Source: Promethearchaeota archaeon (GTDB taxonomy: Archaea; Asgardarchaeota; Lokiarchaeia; Sigyniarchaeales; SOKP01). From it: a stretch of 64,000 nt of DNA. The notes below the pieces were generated by a model, which worked only from the letters and a program-made list of their open reading frames with translations, was not told the DNA's origin and made no database searches. The position numbers and the translations under genes were made by a program. Below, in pieces: positions 19,732 to 30,237 of this stretch; position 1 is the stretch's first letter, and every line of letters begins with the position of its first letter. The stretch is from positions 32,001-96,000 of the forward strand of contig JAUVNS010000005.1 in assembly GCA_030599585.1 (NCBI GenBank), written 5' to 3'.

Positions 19732-21060
19732 TTAATAAAACTTCAAATATTCATACGCTTTGTTAGGGGTTTGAAAACAATATTTAATTTCTTGAAAATC
19801 CTTTTTAAATTCAGCGACGTCTTGTTTAACTTTCTGAGGATCTTTTTTGTCGATAAGTAATTCTTTAAAGAATTCTGCAATATCAACCATTTCGCTTCTT
19901 CCCATTCCAAGTCGGGTGATTTCAGAGGTGCCTAATCGTAAACCACCAGGATTCATATAATGTCTTCCTTGAGTAATATCCCATGGTAAGAGGTTTCTGT
20001 TTATAATGATATTTGCTTCCTCTACTAATCTTTCAATATCCCCGCCTAGGCCGATGGTCTTTTCGAAATTTGTAATATCAACAACAATCTGATGAGATTC
20101 TGTAAAATTTTTATGTTCCATCAGAGCATTAATACCCCTTTCGTAAAGAGCTTGACCTAACGCTTTAGCATTATCTATCACTTTTTTGTGATAATCTTTC
20201 CCAAATTCTAACATTTCAGCATATGTAACGGCCAATCCTGCAACGTGATGTAAGTGATGGTTAGATAACAAAGCTGGAAACACATTGGGTCGTAAAGTTT
20301 CAATTAAATCCTCTCTATCTGATAAAAGTGTTCCATGTTGGGGCCCTGGAAGCGTTTTATGCGTGCTTAGTGTCATTACATCTGCTCCTTCTCTTAAAGG
20401 GTCTTGAAAATAACCAGAACCTATTAGCCCAGCCACATGTGCTGCGTCGTATCCCACACTTGCTCCTACATCTTTTGCTACTTCACTAAGTTCACTAACA
20501 GGGTGAGGAAAGAGAAATACGGAACCTCCAAATAAAACTAATTCAGGTTTGAACTCCCTTATAATTTTAGCTGTAGCATCCGGATCGATATTCATCTCGT
20601 CATTATCAAACGCCATGTATCCGATATTCAATCCACGTACGGTTCCAGCAGTTCCATAAATCGCCATACCACTTTTTGTGAATTTAGGTGCGTGAGAAAT
20701 GTGTCCACCCTTTGGTATAGGCATTATCAGCATTTTGCCATTATTTTCTGATGTAAACGCATTATACATTGCTAAATTTGCTACAACCCCAGAAATGGGT
20801 CGCACATCTGCGTGAACACATTTAAAATACTCTTTTGCAAGGTCCATACATATATCTTCAACTAAATCAATATACTTGCATCCAGCATAAACCCGTTGTC
20901 CAACCCATCCTTCTGCGTATCTGTGAGAAAAATCGCTATTACAAGCTTCATCTACAGCAGGACTGGTAATGTTTTCTGACGCTATAAGTGGGATTGATTT
21001 ACTAAATAATTCATTATGTTCGATGAGTATATTTCTAATTTCTTCTACTTTCTTATTCAA
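19732..21060 (-). CDS. glyA: Serine hydroxymethyltransferase (archaeal type)
   Basis: LIASEN, YAEG, GGHISH, DAAH, STHKTLPGPQ, GLRLGT. Confidence 0.95.
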   Translation of the reverse strand: MNKKVEEIRNILIEHNELFSKSIPLIASENITSPAVDEACNSDFSHRYAEGWVGQRVYAGCKYIDLVEDICMDLAKEYFKCVHADVRPISGVVANLAMYNAFTSENNGKMLIMPIPKGGHISHAPKFTKSGMAIYGTAGTVRGLNIGYMAFDNDEMNIDPDATAKIIREFKPELVLFGGSVFLFPHPVSELSEVAKDVGASVGYDAAHVAGLIGSGYFQDPLREGADVMTLSTHKTLPGPQHGTLLSDREDLIETLRPNVFPALLSNHHLHHVAGLAVTYAEMLEFGKDYHKKVIDNAKALGQALYERGINALMEHKNFTESHQIVVDITNFEKTIGLGGDIERLVEEANIIINRNLLPWDITQGRHYMNPGGLRLGTSEITRLGMGRSEMVDIAEFFKELLIDKKDPQKVKQDVAEFKKDFQEIKYCFQTPNKAYEYLKFY

Positions 21061-21314
21061 AAAAAAATCAACACTTTCTCTATTTTAAATTCAATTCTTA
21101 AAAAGAAATAAAATTTCAATGGTTTTAAACCTTTTGACAAATCCCTAGGTTGCCAGAAGCGGAGTAGGTAAAATTTAACGTTATTTAATTGGAATGTTTT
21201 AGAGGAAATGGTGACTTTTATTTTACAATTCGCATTGAAGCGATATAATTAAGGTTAAAAAGCTTTATTTTCCCTCAAAATTTTTAAAAACAATAGAATA
21301 ATCAAAACTTGTGG

Positions 21315-22241
21315 TTATGCATCGTAATTCTTAGAGCTCTCAAGGATTAATCTAGCTTCATACAAGTTTAGTTTTCTGCCTGATTTTTGTTTTTCAAGAG
21401 CAACAGCGAGTTTTTCTTGTTTCAATTTTTCCAGCTGAGAATTTCTATGAGTGAACCGTTTTTGAGGGGGTCTCGGTTTTTTGGACGAATAATTAGATTG
21501 TTTCCCTTTAGATTCTTTTTTCCTCTTATTCATAACTTGAAGGAATTTTTCATGGTAGACGTCAGCCGCTTTTTTGTTTTCAATCAAATTTTCTTCAAGA
21601 ACTTTCTTTTCCTCTCTTAGTTGGTTCACAGTTTGATAAATTTCAAGCATTTTAGCGTGATAATCTTGAGATTTGCTTGACCATTTATTTAATTGCTCAT
21701 AAATCTTGTTTAAGTTAATTTTAACAATTTGAATCTTGCGTTCGATTTTATATACATCAGTATCTTCTTGTTCAGCTAAAAAATCTACTTTAATTTTCGC
21801 TAAGTCTCTAATTTGATCGACCATAGCGTTTTCTTCCAGTATATCTAAATTTTCGATTTCAATCCGCCTTTCGAGATTGTCGATCTTCTTCTCTATCTGT
21901 CTAACAGACACAAAACTTTTAGAATGACTACCTTTTTTCCTCTTTCCAAGAATTTTTTTTTTCTCTTCAAGAAATTTATCTAAAATCTCTTTGTACTCAT
22001 TTTTTTTGTCTTTTAGTTTTTTTACTTTAGTATTCCAATAGTCTCTTTTTTTTTTGTAGTCTTGTTTGGCAGTGTTTAAGTCTTTTTCAATTTCAATATC
22101 AATAGCTTGTAATTTAGTAATGAAGTCTTTAGTTTTTTTATTTAAATCATCCCGTTTTTGCCTAAATTCTTCGATTTGAAGTTGCAATTCTCGAAAGGAA
22201 TTCCTTGAAGTTTGAGGGGTATTTGTGTTTGCTCTACTCAT
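21315..22241 (-). CDS. Archaeal coiled-coil protein (COG1340-like)
   Basis: Continuous heptad K/E-rich sequence, KRDDLN repeats, C-terminal G.KLNL.E. Confidence 0.7.
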   Translation of the reverse strand: MSRANTNTPQTSRNSFRELQLQIEEFRQKRDDLNKKTKDFITKLQAIDIEIEKDLNTAKQDYKKKRDYWNTKVKKLKDKKNEYKEILDKFLEEKKKILGKRKKGSHSKSFVSVRQIEKKIDNLERRIEIENLDILEENAMVDQIRDLAKIKVDFLAEQEDTDVYKIERKIQIVKINLNKIYEQLNKWSSKSQDYHAKMLEIYQTVNQLREEKKVLEENLIENKKAADVYHEKFLQVMNKRKKESKGKQSNYSSKKPRPPQKRFTHRNSQLEKLKQEKLAVALEKQKSGRKLNLYEARLILESSKNYDA

Positions 22242-22415
22242 AGATTAATTCATTAACGAGTATTTATAAAAAAGGTTTCAATATAGCATTTAATATAGCA
22301 TTTATTTTATATTTTGCTCAAACTCGTGAAAAAAAATTACAATTTTGTAAAATTACCCCTGCTAATTTATTAAAATAAATATAATTGCTAAATTAAAACT
22401 ACAGATTTATTAGAA

Positions 22416-23300
22416 GTGATGGAAATGGAAGATGGTTTAATAAAGCCAAACGATTTAATTTATTTAATTCTTGATGCAAGAAGAAGATGGTTAGTAAAGG
22501 TAGAAGAAGGAAGAGAATTCCAAACTCATAAAGGAACAGTGAAATTTGACGAAGTTATAGGTAAACCGTTTGGATCTGTAGTATTTTCTCAACCCTACGA
22601 AACTCAAGGATATAAATTCTATGTTCTTAAGCCTTTACCTTCTGATTATGTAATTTATATGAGTCGTAAAACTCAAATAATCTATCCAGAAGATGCCGGA
22701 TTAATTTTGATTTATACGGGGATTAGCCCTGGTAGCGTAGTCATTGAAGCTGGTTGTGGTTCTGGGGCATTGACGTGTATTTTAGGAAACTATGTTAGAC
22801 CGAATGGGCACATTTTTTCGTACGATATAAGAGAACAAAGTTTAAAAAAGGCTAAAAACAATGTTCTTAAGGCGGGGTTAAGTGATTTCGTATCAATTCA
22901 ATATGGCGACATAACAAATGACGACTTGGGACATAAAAATGTTGACTCAGTTGTTTTAGATATGCCGCAACCGTGGATGGCAATTGAGAAAGTCAAACAA
23001 TATCTCAAACTTAGCGGAACTTTAGTATCGTTTTCACCAGCGATAGAGCAGGTGAAAAAAACAACTATTGCCCTGAGAGAGAACGACTTTTACGAGATAA
23101 ATACTTACGAATTAATAAAAAGGAAATATCAGGTGAAAAGTAACGCGACTCATCCCGAAGTAAGAATGATTGGTCATACAGGTTATATGACTTTTGCACG
23201 AAAGATTCAGGACGTTAAAAATCCATATAGAGCGCGGACACCAAAACAGAAAGAATATGTGACGATGAATGGAATGCCTTTAAGTGGTGAGAATTTGTAA
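22416..23300 (+). CDS. trmI: tRNA (adenine-N1)-methyltransferase (TrmI/Gcd14)
   Basis: FQTHKG, RKTQIIYPED, EAGCGSG, LDMPQPW, GHTGY. Confidence 0.93.
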   Translation: MMEMEDGLIKPNDLIYLILDARRRWLVKVEEGREFQTHKGTVKFDEVIGKPFGSVVFSQPYETQGYKFYVLKPLPSDYVIYMSRKTQIIYPEDAGLILIYTGISPGSVVIEAGCGSGALTCILGNYVRPNGHIFSYDIREQSLKKAKNNVLKAGLSDFVSIQYGDITNDDLGHKNVDSVVLDMPQPWMAIEKVKQYLKLSGTLVSFSPAIEQVKKTTIALRENDFYEINTYELIKRKYQVKSNATHPEVRMIGHTGYMTFARKIQDVKNPYRARTPKQKEYVTMNGMPLSGENL

Positions 23301-23635
23301 TGATAGAATACAGTGATTTTGCAAAATTAGATATGAGGGTTGGTCTAATAATACATTGTGAAAAGGTGCTAAGATCTAAAAATCTTTTCAAGCTAATGAT
23401 TAATTGCGGAGAGAAAGAAAAAAGACAGATTATTACTGGCATTTCACAATTTTATTCACCAGAGGAACTGGTTAATAGGAAAGTTGTTGTTCTAATAAAT
23501 CTTAAACCAAAAAAGATTATGGGATTAGAAAGTCAAGGGATGCTTTTAGCTGCTGATTTGAATAGCGAACCGTTCTTGTTAAAAATAGATGAAAGAAACG
23601 GTAAAAGTATCCCTCCTGGAAGTATTATAAAATAA
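23300..23635 (+). CDS. tRNA-binding OB domain protein (Trbp111/MetRS C-terminal-like)
   Basis: FAKLDMRVG, NLKPKKIMGLESQGMLLA. Confidence 0.9.
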   Translation: MIEYSDFAKLDMRVGLIIHCEKVLRSKNLFKLMINCGEKEKRQIITGISQFYSPEELVNRKVVVLINLKPKKIMGLESQGMLLAADLNSEPFLLKIDERNGKSIPPGSIIK

Positions 23636-24055
23636 TTAGAATCCTTTTAACTTAACGCCGGTTTGCATTATCTTCTTTTTCTTATACCTTTCCGTCATAA
23701 AATAATGCTTTTTTTTATCTGGTAAAATGTTAATATATTTCCTTAGGATATCCTCAACGAAAACTCTTGTCGTTTTATTCGGTATTTTATTCGGATTTGA
23801 GAGGTTTGCTAGAATCTCCTTGTTTTTGGCTTTAGGTGCTAACCCAATGTTTTTTATTGGAATGTGAAAGGAATGAACAAACCATCCTGCAGTTTTCTCT
23901 TCGTGAACAATTACTCGTAGAATATTCGCCTCTTCTTTTTTAATCTTAATATCTACTACCTTTTTCCCCGGTCGTACGATGATAGTTGCATAAATAGGGA
24001 GATTATTTTTAGGATCGTGAATCTTCTTTAAGAATTCCTTTAACTTTTCACTCAT
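23636..24055 (-). CDS. Hypothetical basic protein
   Basis: 139-aa ORF filling the gap, no recognised motif. Confidence 0.65.
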   Translation of the reverse strand: MSEKLKEFLKKIHDPKNNLPIYATIIVRPGKKVVDIKIKKEEANILRVIVHEEKTAGWFVHSFHIPIKNIGLAPKAKNKEILANLSNPNKIPNKTTRVFVEDILRKYINILPDKKKHYFMTERYKKKKIMQTGVKLKGF

Positions 24056-24125
24056 TTTACTTTAAAAAGGCTGTGTAATATATAGCATTAAAGTAGGATA
24101 ATTAATTAAATTTATTGTGTAAATT

Positions 24126-24548
24126 ATGACAGTTATTTTAGAAACATTTTCCATAAACACAAAAAAAAATTGCGATGTAATTAATATAACATCACAAGTT
24201 CAAAATGCGATCGAAAGAAGCGGGTTGAAAAATGGGATCGTTAATGTTCATGTTGCGGGATCTACTGGCGCAATATCAACTGTCGAATACGAGCCCGGAT
24301 TAGTTCAAACAGATATAAAGGAATTCTTGGAAAAAATCATTCCTTATGAAAAAGACTATGCGCATCATAAAACTTGGCACGATTACAACGGAGCGGGGCA
24401 CCTAAGAAGCTTTCTCATTAAAACTTCGCAAACATTCCCATTTCACAATAAGAATTTAATCCTTGGGAGCTGGCAAAACATCATATTCATCGAAAACGAC
24501 GAAAAACCTAGACATCGTAAAATTTATGTAACCTTGATAGGCGAATAA
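24126..24548 (+). CDS. YjbQ/UPF0047 family protein
   Basis: GSTGAI...EYEPGL, NGAGHLRS, LGSWQ.I. Confidence 0.9.
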   Translation: MTVILETFSINTKKNCDVINITSQVQNAIERSGLKNGIVNVHVAGSTGAISTVEYEPGLVQTDIKEFLEKIIPYEKDYAHHKTWHDYNGAGHLRSFLIKTSQTFPFHNKNLILGSWQNIIFIENDEKPRHRKIYVTLIGE

Positions 24549-24651
24549 AGCAATTTTCTTTTAATGTCTGAATCAAACGAAGTTATTTGAAATTGTCGAG
24601 ACGGATTATACCTATTCTAATCTTATTTTAAAAAGAAAATGAGTAAAAAAT

Positions 24652-24873
24652 TTAGATTCTTTCGGAAAATTTATTAAATTCATGGACTAGCAGTTTATAG
24701 ACTTCTCTACGGCGAACATTTTCGAATTTATCTATCATCTTTAAGATTGTTTTGTGCCGTTCTTGTATCATACTTTTAAAAATGGGAATTTTACGAACTA
24801 CATCTTCAAATTTATTTTTCTGGATAATTTGATAGTTTAGATATTCCAAAAAATTGTTTTCTTTTTCTGTCAA
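24652..24873 (-). CDS. Small hypothetical protein
   Basis: 73-aa ORF preceded by a GAGGA-like element; no motif. Confidence 0.45.
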   Translation of the reverse strand: MTEKENNFLEYLNYQIIQKNKFEDVVRKIPIFKSMIQERHKTILKMIDKFENVRRREVYKLLVHEFNKFSERI

Positions 24874-25127
24874 TTAAATCCTCTTTTTTAGATTACTATA
24901 TTTACCAAATTGAAATAATAATCTATAAAAAATAGTAGTGTCATGTATGTATTTTTCAAGTAATATCAGAGGATTTAGATATTCGGATGTATAGTAGAAA
25001 AAGAACAAAAAATTAAAAATAATGAACTTCACTTACAATATAAAAATTTCATTAAATTAAGTTTAAAAGTAATAGAAGTTTTTTTTTTAAATTTTAGATT
25101 ATCATCAACTTAGAAAGTATTGATATT

Positions 25128-26063
25128 ATGCAACAATTTATTAAAATCATCATTGCAGGTTTGGATAACGCAGGAAAAACCTCCATTTTAACCGCTTTGA
25201 ACAAAAAATACAACTTCCAAAAAGATATAATCTCTCTTACACCAACTATTCGAGTTGAATATCAAGCGACAGAATTTCTAAAAAATCGCGTAGTTTTCTG
25301 GGATATGGGTGGTCAAGAGAAGTATAGGAAAATGTATCAAGAAAAGCAAGATCTTTATTTTTCTGACACAGATTTATTAGTATATGTCATCGATATTCAA
25401 GATCATGAAAGAATTGAAACTTCCTTGGCTTACTTGGCCATGATCTTAAAATATTTTAAGAAGCATAAAATGGATGTTCCACTTATAATTAGCTTTCATA
25501 AATTCGACCCCGAATTCATAGGAAATGAACAAATGGTTGAGCAAATAGAAGATTTGAGGAAGCATATACTTAAATTATACCCTTCTTTAAGAATTTTATT
25601 TCAACAAACCTCAATTTACGATATCATATCAATAGTGCAGCTCATATCATACGGATTATCAGTGTTTAATAAAAAATTCTTCGATCTCTCAGAATTCCTA
25701 GAGAAATATCTCAAAGAATTCGATAGCGAGTCCTTAATCTTATTTGACAAAAATGGGATTATCATAAGTGAGTATTATAGGGAAATTATTGGACCAGAGA
25801 TTTATGTAGAACTTATAGAATCAATAAAAGAGCACTTGTTTTTACTGAAAAGAATGCAAGAAGAATCTCACGAAACAGATTATTCGTTTTCGTCGATAGG
25901 AGATGAGTTATTATCTTACTTGCATCGAATTGAAATCAATAACGAATCCATGTTCGTGTCTGTGGTTATTAAAGAAAAATTAAAAGAACTGCTTTTAGAA
26001 AAATTTTCAGAATTTATGCTTGAAGTAAGAGAGTTAATCGAACCCTTAATTGTAGGAAAATGA
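25128..26063 (+). CDS. Rag/Gtr-like small GTPase with C-terminal roadblock/longin-like domain
   Basis: GLDNAGKTS, WDMGGQ, HKFD (G4), TSIYD (G5), then LILFDKNGIIIS-type C-terminal domain. Confidence 0.82.
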   Translation: MQQFIKIIIAGLDNAGKTSILTALNKKYNFQKDIISLTPTIRVEYQATEFLKNRVVFWDMGGQEKYRKMYQEKQDLYFSDTDLLVYVIDIQDHERIETSLAYLAMILKYFKKHKMDVPLIISFHKFDPEFIGNEQMVEQIEDLRKHILKLYPSLRILFQQTSIYDIISIVQLISYGLSVFNKKFFDLSEFLEKYLKEFDSESLILFDKNGIIISEYYREIIGPEIYVELIESIKEHLFLLKRMQEESHETDYSFSSIGDELLSYLHRIEINNESMFVSVVIKEKLKELLLEKFSEFMLEVRELIEPLIVGK

Positions 26064-26070
26064 AATTCAA

Positions 26071-27159
26071 CTAATCGATTTTTAAAAGCTCTCGAGCTTT
26101 ATCAATTAGTTTCTCCTTCTTTTCTTGATGGTTTTTTATAAATTTTAATACCTTTTCCACGCATTGAGCTTTATGTTCCCCACAAAGTAAATCTCCTTTA
26201 ACGCATCTTTCGAATTCATCGGCTAGAACATCATCATTCTCTTCAAAATGATACATTAATATTTTGTAAATCATACACTTTTGAGGTTCACCACCAAGTT
26301 CTTGTTGTTCTTTCTTATTTTTACGGCCACCAGTAAGAGCTCCTTTTACTTTTTTCTCGATAGAATCTAATGTTTCGTTAAAAGTAAATGAACTATTGGG
26401 ATTTCTTTTAGCCATTTTATCTGATCCATCAATCCCTGCTAATAAATAGTGATAAGTAGCGCCAGGTAGGAAAAATTTCTTGTAATACCTCCGTGTGAGG
26501 TCTCTTGTAAGTCTTATGTGTGGATCTTGATCTATACCGACGGGAACTACAGTTGGTTGTGGACCTTCTCTAACTTGGGGGAGAACTATGTCGCCTACTT
26601 GAATAAGGGCTGCTAGATAGAGGCCGAATGTTTTCTCTCCATAGATTGCATTTAACATGTTTTGGGTCACTAATCTACTTACCTTAAAGCATATATCTTT
26701 CACAATAGGCTCTTTTGATTGCCTCCAAATATAAGTTTTATCAGGAGAAGGGTCTAAGCCGAATGCTAAAATATCTGCTACATTATCTATCGCATTTGGT
26801 TCTGCTTCATCGTAGGGTATTCCATTATCTTCCCAAGATTCTATATCTGCGACACCATAATAAACTTTCCCTCCCATTTTTTGAAACTCGACAATTTCTA
26901 AAGCAGTCGTTGAGGTTCCTAAGTGGTAAGGCCCAGAAGGTTTTATACCGCTCATTACAGCCCATGGTTGATTATCTTCAATTGCTTTAAACACCAATCC
27001 TAAATCTCTATGGCCAAAAATGATTTTCCTTCTGAAAAATCGATTTTTTAACAATTTTTGTCTTAAACTTTCGTTTATATCTTCGATACCAAATTCTCTC
27101 TTTATTCTCTCGTAATCCTCATCTTCTACAGGATTAGAGGAACCCCAAGGATCAAGCAT
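26071..27159 (-). CDS. trpS: Tryptophanyl-tRNA synthetase (archaeal type)
   Basis: DPWG, RRKIIFGHRD, GIKPSG..HLG, VPVGIDQDPHIRL, ALTGGR, LLCGE. Confidence 0.92.
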   Translation of the reverse strand: MLDPWGSSNPVEDEDYERIKREFGIEDINESLRQKLLKNRFFRRKIIFGHRDLGLVFKAIEDNQPWAVMSGIKPSGPYHLGTSTTALEIVEFQKMGGKVYYGVADIESWEDNGIPYDEAEPNAIDNVADILAFGLDPSPDKTYIWRQSKEPIVKDICFKVSRLVTQNMLNAIYGEKTFGLYLAALIQVGDIVLPQVREGPQPTVVPVGIDQDPHIRLTRDLTRRYYKKFFLPGATYHYLLAGIDGSDKMAKRNPNSSFTFNETLDSIEKKVKGALTGGRKNKKEQQELGGEPQKCMIYKILMYHFEENDDVLADEFERCVKGDLLCGEHKAQCVEKVLKFIKNHQEKKEKLIDKARELLKID

Positions 27160-27383
27160 TTTTTACTATTACCTCTTTTATATCGTAGGTACAATTTTAT
27201 TGATTAATATAAAGTAATATCCCAATTAAAAATTTGGGTTCATATTAAGGCTATATAAGTGGTTGAATAATAATATAAACACTAAAGTTATTTTTTAGCT
27301 TCTATTTGTTAACGATATTTAGTTTTACTTGAAAAGTTATAAAGATAACATATAATAAATCTTTTGACCTTCTTTCTATTAAG

Positions 27384-27794
27384 ATGACTGAAAACGATGC
27401 GCTACAAGAAGAGGAATGGAAGGAAAAACTAACCGAAGAACAATATCGCGTTTTAAGACTGAAGGGGACTGAACGCCCTTTTACTGGCAAGTATTGGGAC
27501 AACAAAAAGAAAGGCATATACTATTGTGCTGGTTGTGGAACGCCATTATTTGACTCAAATTCGAAATTTAAATCAAGATCTGGGTGGCCTAGCTTTTCTA
27601 CTCCTGTAAAAGATTCTAAAATTAAAGAAGAATCCGATAATAGCTTCAGTATGAGAAGAACGGAGGTCTTATGCAAAAATTGTGGAGGTCATTTAGGACA
27701 TGTGTTTAAGGACGGTCCTAAACCAATTGGTCTACGATACTGTATTAATTCGATATCTTTAGATTTTAAGTCTAAAAATAAGGACGAAAAGTAG
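27384..27794 (+). CDS. msrB: Peptide-methionine (R)-S-oxide reductase
   Basis: GTERPF, CAGC, GWPSF, RTEV, GHLGHVF.DGP, RYCINS. Confidence 0.96.
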   Translation: MTENDALQEEEWKEKLTEEQYRVLRLKGTERPFTGKYWDNKKKGIYYCAGCGTPLFDSNSKFKSRSGWPSFSTPVKDSKIKEESDNSFSMRRTEVLCKNCGGHLGHVFKDGPKPIGLRYCINSISLDFKSKNKDEK

Positions 27795-27811
27795 AGGAAC
27801 GACTAATTTTT

Positions 27812-28267
27812 TCACAAAATGATAATCGAGGAATTTTTATATTCTTTTAAAACCATATTAGAATTAGTTTTGGTTATGAATTCTTTCTCGTTTAATTCTC
27901 GAATAAAATTGTGCACATCCTGAGCTTCTTTAAAACGACATATTAGTGCTGCAGACTGTTCTCCCGTTGTATGAAATACTGAACATACTTCTGGTTTGAG
28001 TGATATTTCGTCTAAGATTTCCTGCGTGTGTTTACCATCAATATTAATTCTTATTAAAAATGTTAATTTATATCCCAATTTCTCGTTATTAAGTTTAAGG
28101 GTATATCCTTCAATTATCTTATTTTTCTCTAATTTCGAAATTCTATTATGAATGGTTCCAATCGAAATATTAAGTTTATCTTGAATTACTCGATAGGATG
28201 TTTTAGCGTTTTCCTGTAAAATTTTAATAATTTCTTCGTCAATTTCGTCCAAAGTTTCTTTTTTCAT
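27812..28267 (-). CDS. Lrp/AsnC-family transcriptional regulator
   Basis: LDEIDEEIIKILQENAK HTH, RISKLEK..II.GY, TGE RAM domain. Confidence 0.92.
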   Translation of the reverse strand: MKKETLDEIDEEIIKILQENAKTSYRVIQDKLNISIGTIHNRISKLEKNKIIEGYTLKLNNEKLGYKLTFLIRINIDGKHTQEILDEISLKPEVCSVFHTTGEQSAALICRFKEAQDVHNFIRELNEKEFITKTNSNMVLKEYKNSSIIIL

Positions 28268-28311
28268 ATTTCATAAACCAGAAAAGTAAGATATTCTTTA
28301 AAATTTGTTAG

Positions 28312-28336
28312 TTTGTTGAACAAATTGTTGAACAAA
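28312..28336. promoter_or_regulatory. Tandem near-palindromic TTGTTGAACAA sites (candidate operator) between divergent lrp and thermosome
   Basis: TTTGTTGAACAAA followed immediately by TTGTTGAACAAA. Confidence 0.5.
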
Positions 28337-28481
28337 TTAAATAAATTTGAAATTTATTTATAATTTTTGAATTTCAAGTTTTTTATTTTTAAATGATCTC
28401 CAAATCAGAAAAATTCTTATAAATTGAGTCATTAAAAAATTCAAGAATTAAAAATTTTTAAAAACAAAAAAAGGTAAAAAT

Positions 28482-30068
28482 ATGTCTGTACCGATTATAA
28501 TTCTCAAAGAAGGAACGGAAGAAACGAAAGAAAAAGAAGCTCGCATGCAAAATATCAATGCAATCAAAGCCATTACAGAAACAGTGAAATCTACTCTTGG
28601 ACCAAAAGGCATGAATAAAATGCTGGTGGATTCTGTAGGAGATGTTACAATTACTAACGATGGTGCCGAAATACTTAAATTACTTGATATAGATAATGTT
28701 GCCGCAAACATGATGGTCAATATTGCTAAATCTATAGATGACGATATTGGTGATGGCACCACAACTGCTGTCATCTTCTCAGCAGCCTTATTGGAAAATG
28801 CTCTTGAACTTATCGAACAAAATATTCATCCAAAACCCATTACTCATGGGTACAAGTTAGCGGCAGATAGAGCTTTAAAACTTGTGAACGAAATGGCTGC
28901 CAAAATCTCTCCCGACGATGATAAAATTCTTATTGCTGCAGCTAGAACTGCTATGAATGCTAAGGACATAGTAGGTGTAAAAGACTATTTTGCTGAACTA
29001 ACGTTAAAAGCCATCAAACACATACGTGGAGACGATGGTAATACGTTCTCGAAAGTTGGAAATGTTAAAATTGTCAAAACACCTGGAAAATCCTTAAGAG
29101 AGTCAGAGTTAATTAATGGAGTCTACATCGAAAAGGATAAAGTCAATTCAGCAATGCCAGAAGTAATTAAGAATGCGAAAATAGCAGTCATAAGGAGAAA
29201 ATTAGACGTCGTTAAAACAGAATTCGACGCCCAAATTCGAATAACGAACCCCGCGGACATTCAGAAATTCCTCGATCAAGAAGAAAAGATTCTGATAGAC
29301 TACTTGAAGATCTTTAAAGATTTAGGAGTTACTATGATAGTCAACAATAAAGACATATCTGACAAGTTTGGAGCTTATTTGGCTAAAGAAGGAATTGCCG
29401 CAATAAAAAACCTCGGCGAATCTGATATGAAAGCGGTAACGAAAGCTATTGGTGCTAGTACAGTTGATGATCTACATTCCTTATCTGAGGCCGATCTAGG
29501 TTTTGCAGAAAAAGTCAAGTTCGAAAAACTCTCTAGAGATGATTACGTACTCTTTACAGGATGCAAAAATCCTAAATCCGTGTCAATACTGCTTAAAGGA
29601 GGTTTAGAAAAAATCTTAAACTCAGCAGAAATTACGCTGCATGATGTACTTTCAGTTGTTGCTAAAGTTATGGATACTGAGCGGGTAGTAGCTGGTGGTG
29701 GAGCAATTTACATTGAATTAGCAAAAAAATTAAGAGAATATGCTAACGAAATTAGCGGGAAAGAACAACTAGCTGTAAACGCTTTTGCAATTGCATTAGA
29801 AGAAATTCCTAAAACATTGATCAAAAATGCAGGGTTAGATGAAATCGAAAATATGACAGAACTGCGTGCAGCCCACAAGACTGAAAGTGATAAGTGGCAA
29901 GGGATTGATACTATTACTAACGAGATAGGAGATAATTTCGAGAAAGGTATAATAGAACCAGCAGCATTAATTAATCATGTTATTAAAGCAGGAAGCGAAT
30001 TAGCAAATCTTATTTTAAGAGTAGATAGAATTATCAGTGCTAAAGGTAGTAGACCTCCTGGATTATAA
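28482..30068 (+). CDS. Thermosome (group II chaperonin) subunit
   Basis: STLGPKGM.KM, ITNDGA, GDGTTT, VAGGGA, GIIEP, ILRVD. Confidence 0.96.
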   Translation: MSVPIIILKEGTEETKEKEARMQNINAIKAITETVKSTLGPKGMNKMLVDSVGDVTITNDGAEILKLLDIDNVAANMMVNIAKSIDDDIGDGTTTAVIFSAALLENALELIEQNIHPKPITHGYKLAADRALKLVNEMAAKISPDDDKILIAAARTAMNAKDIVGVKDYFAELTLKAIKHIRGDDGNTFSKVGNVKIVKTPGKSLRESELINGVYIEKDKVNSAMPEVIKNAKIAVIRRKLDVVKTEFDAQIRITNPADIQKFLDQEEKILIDYLKIFKDLGVTMIVNNKDISDKFGAYLAKEGIAAIKNLGESDMKAVTKAIGASTVDDLHSLSEADLGFAEKVKFEKLSRDDYVLFTGCKNPKSVSILLKGGLEKILNSAEITLHDVLSVVAKVMDTERVVAGGGAIYIELAKKLREYANEISGKEQLAVNAFAIALEEIPKTLIKNAGLDEIENMTELRAAHKTESDKWQGIDTITNEIGDNFEKGIIEPAALINHVIKAGSELANLILRVDRIISAKGSRPPGL

Positions 30069-30088
30069 TGATTTGATTGAATATTCTA

Positions 30089-30105
30089 TTTTTTTTATTT
30101 TTTTT
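30089..30105 (+). terminator. Oligo-T archaeal-type terminator after the thermosome gene
   Basis: Two T8 runs separated by one A, about 20 bp after the stop codon. Confidence 0.5.
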
Positions 30106-30237
30106 AATTTTAAATCCTAATATTTGTGAACATTTTTTAATAATGCTAGGATTTAGAAAGACTTTTAAAAATTTTTTCACTTTTAAACCTATTGACCTAT
30201 TTTATTTTCAATAAAAAATTTTTAGATTTATAAATTT

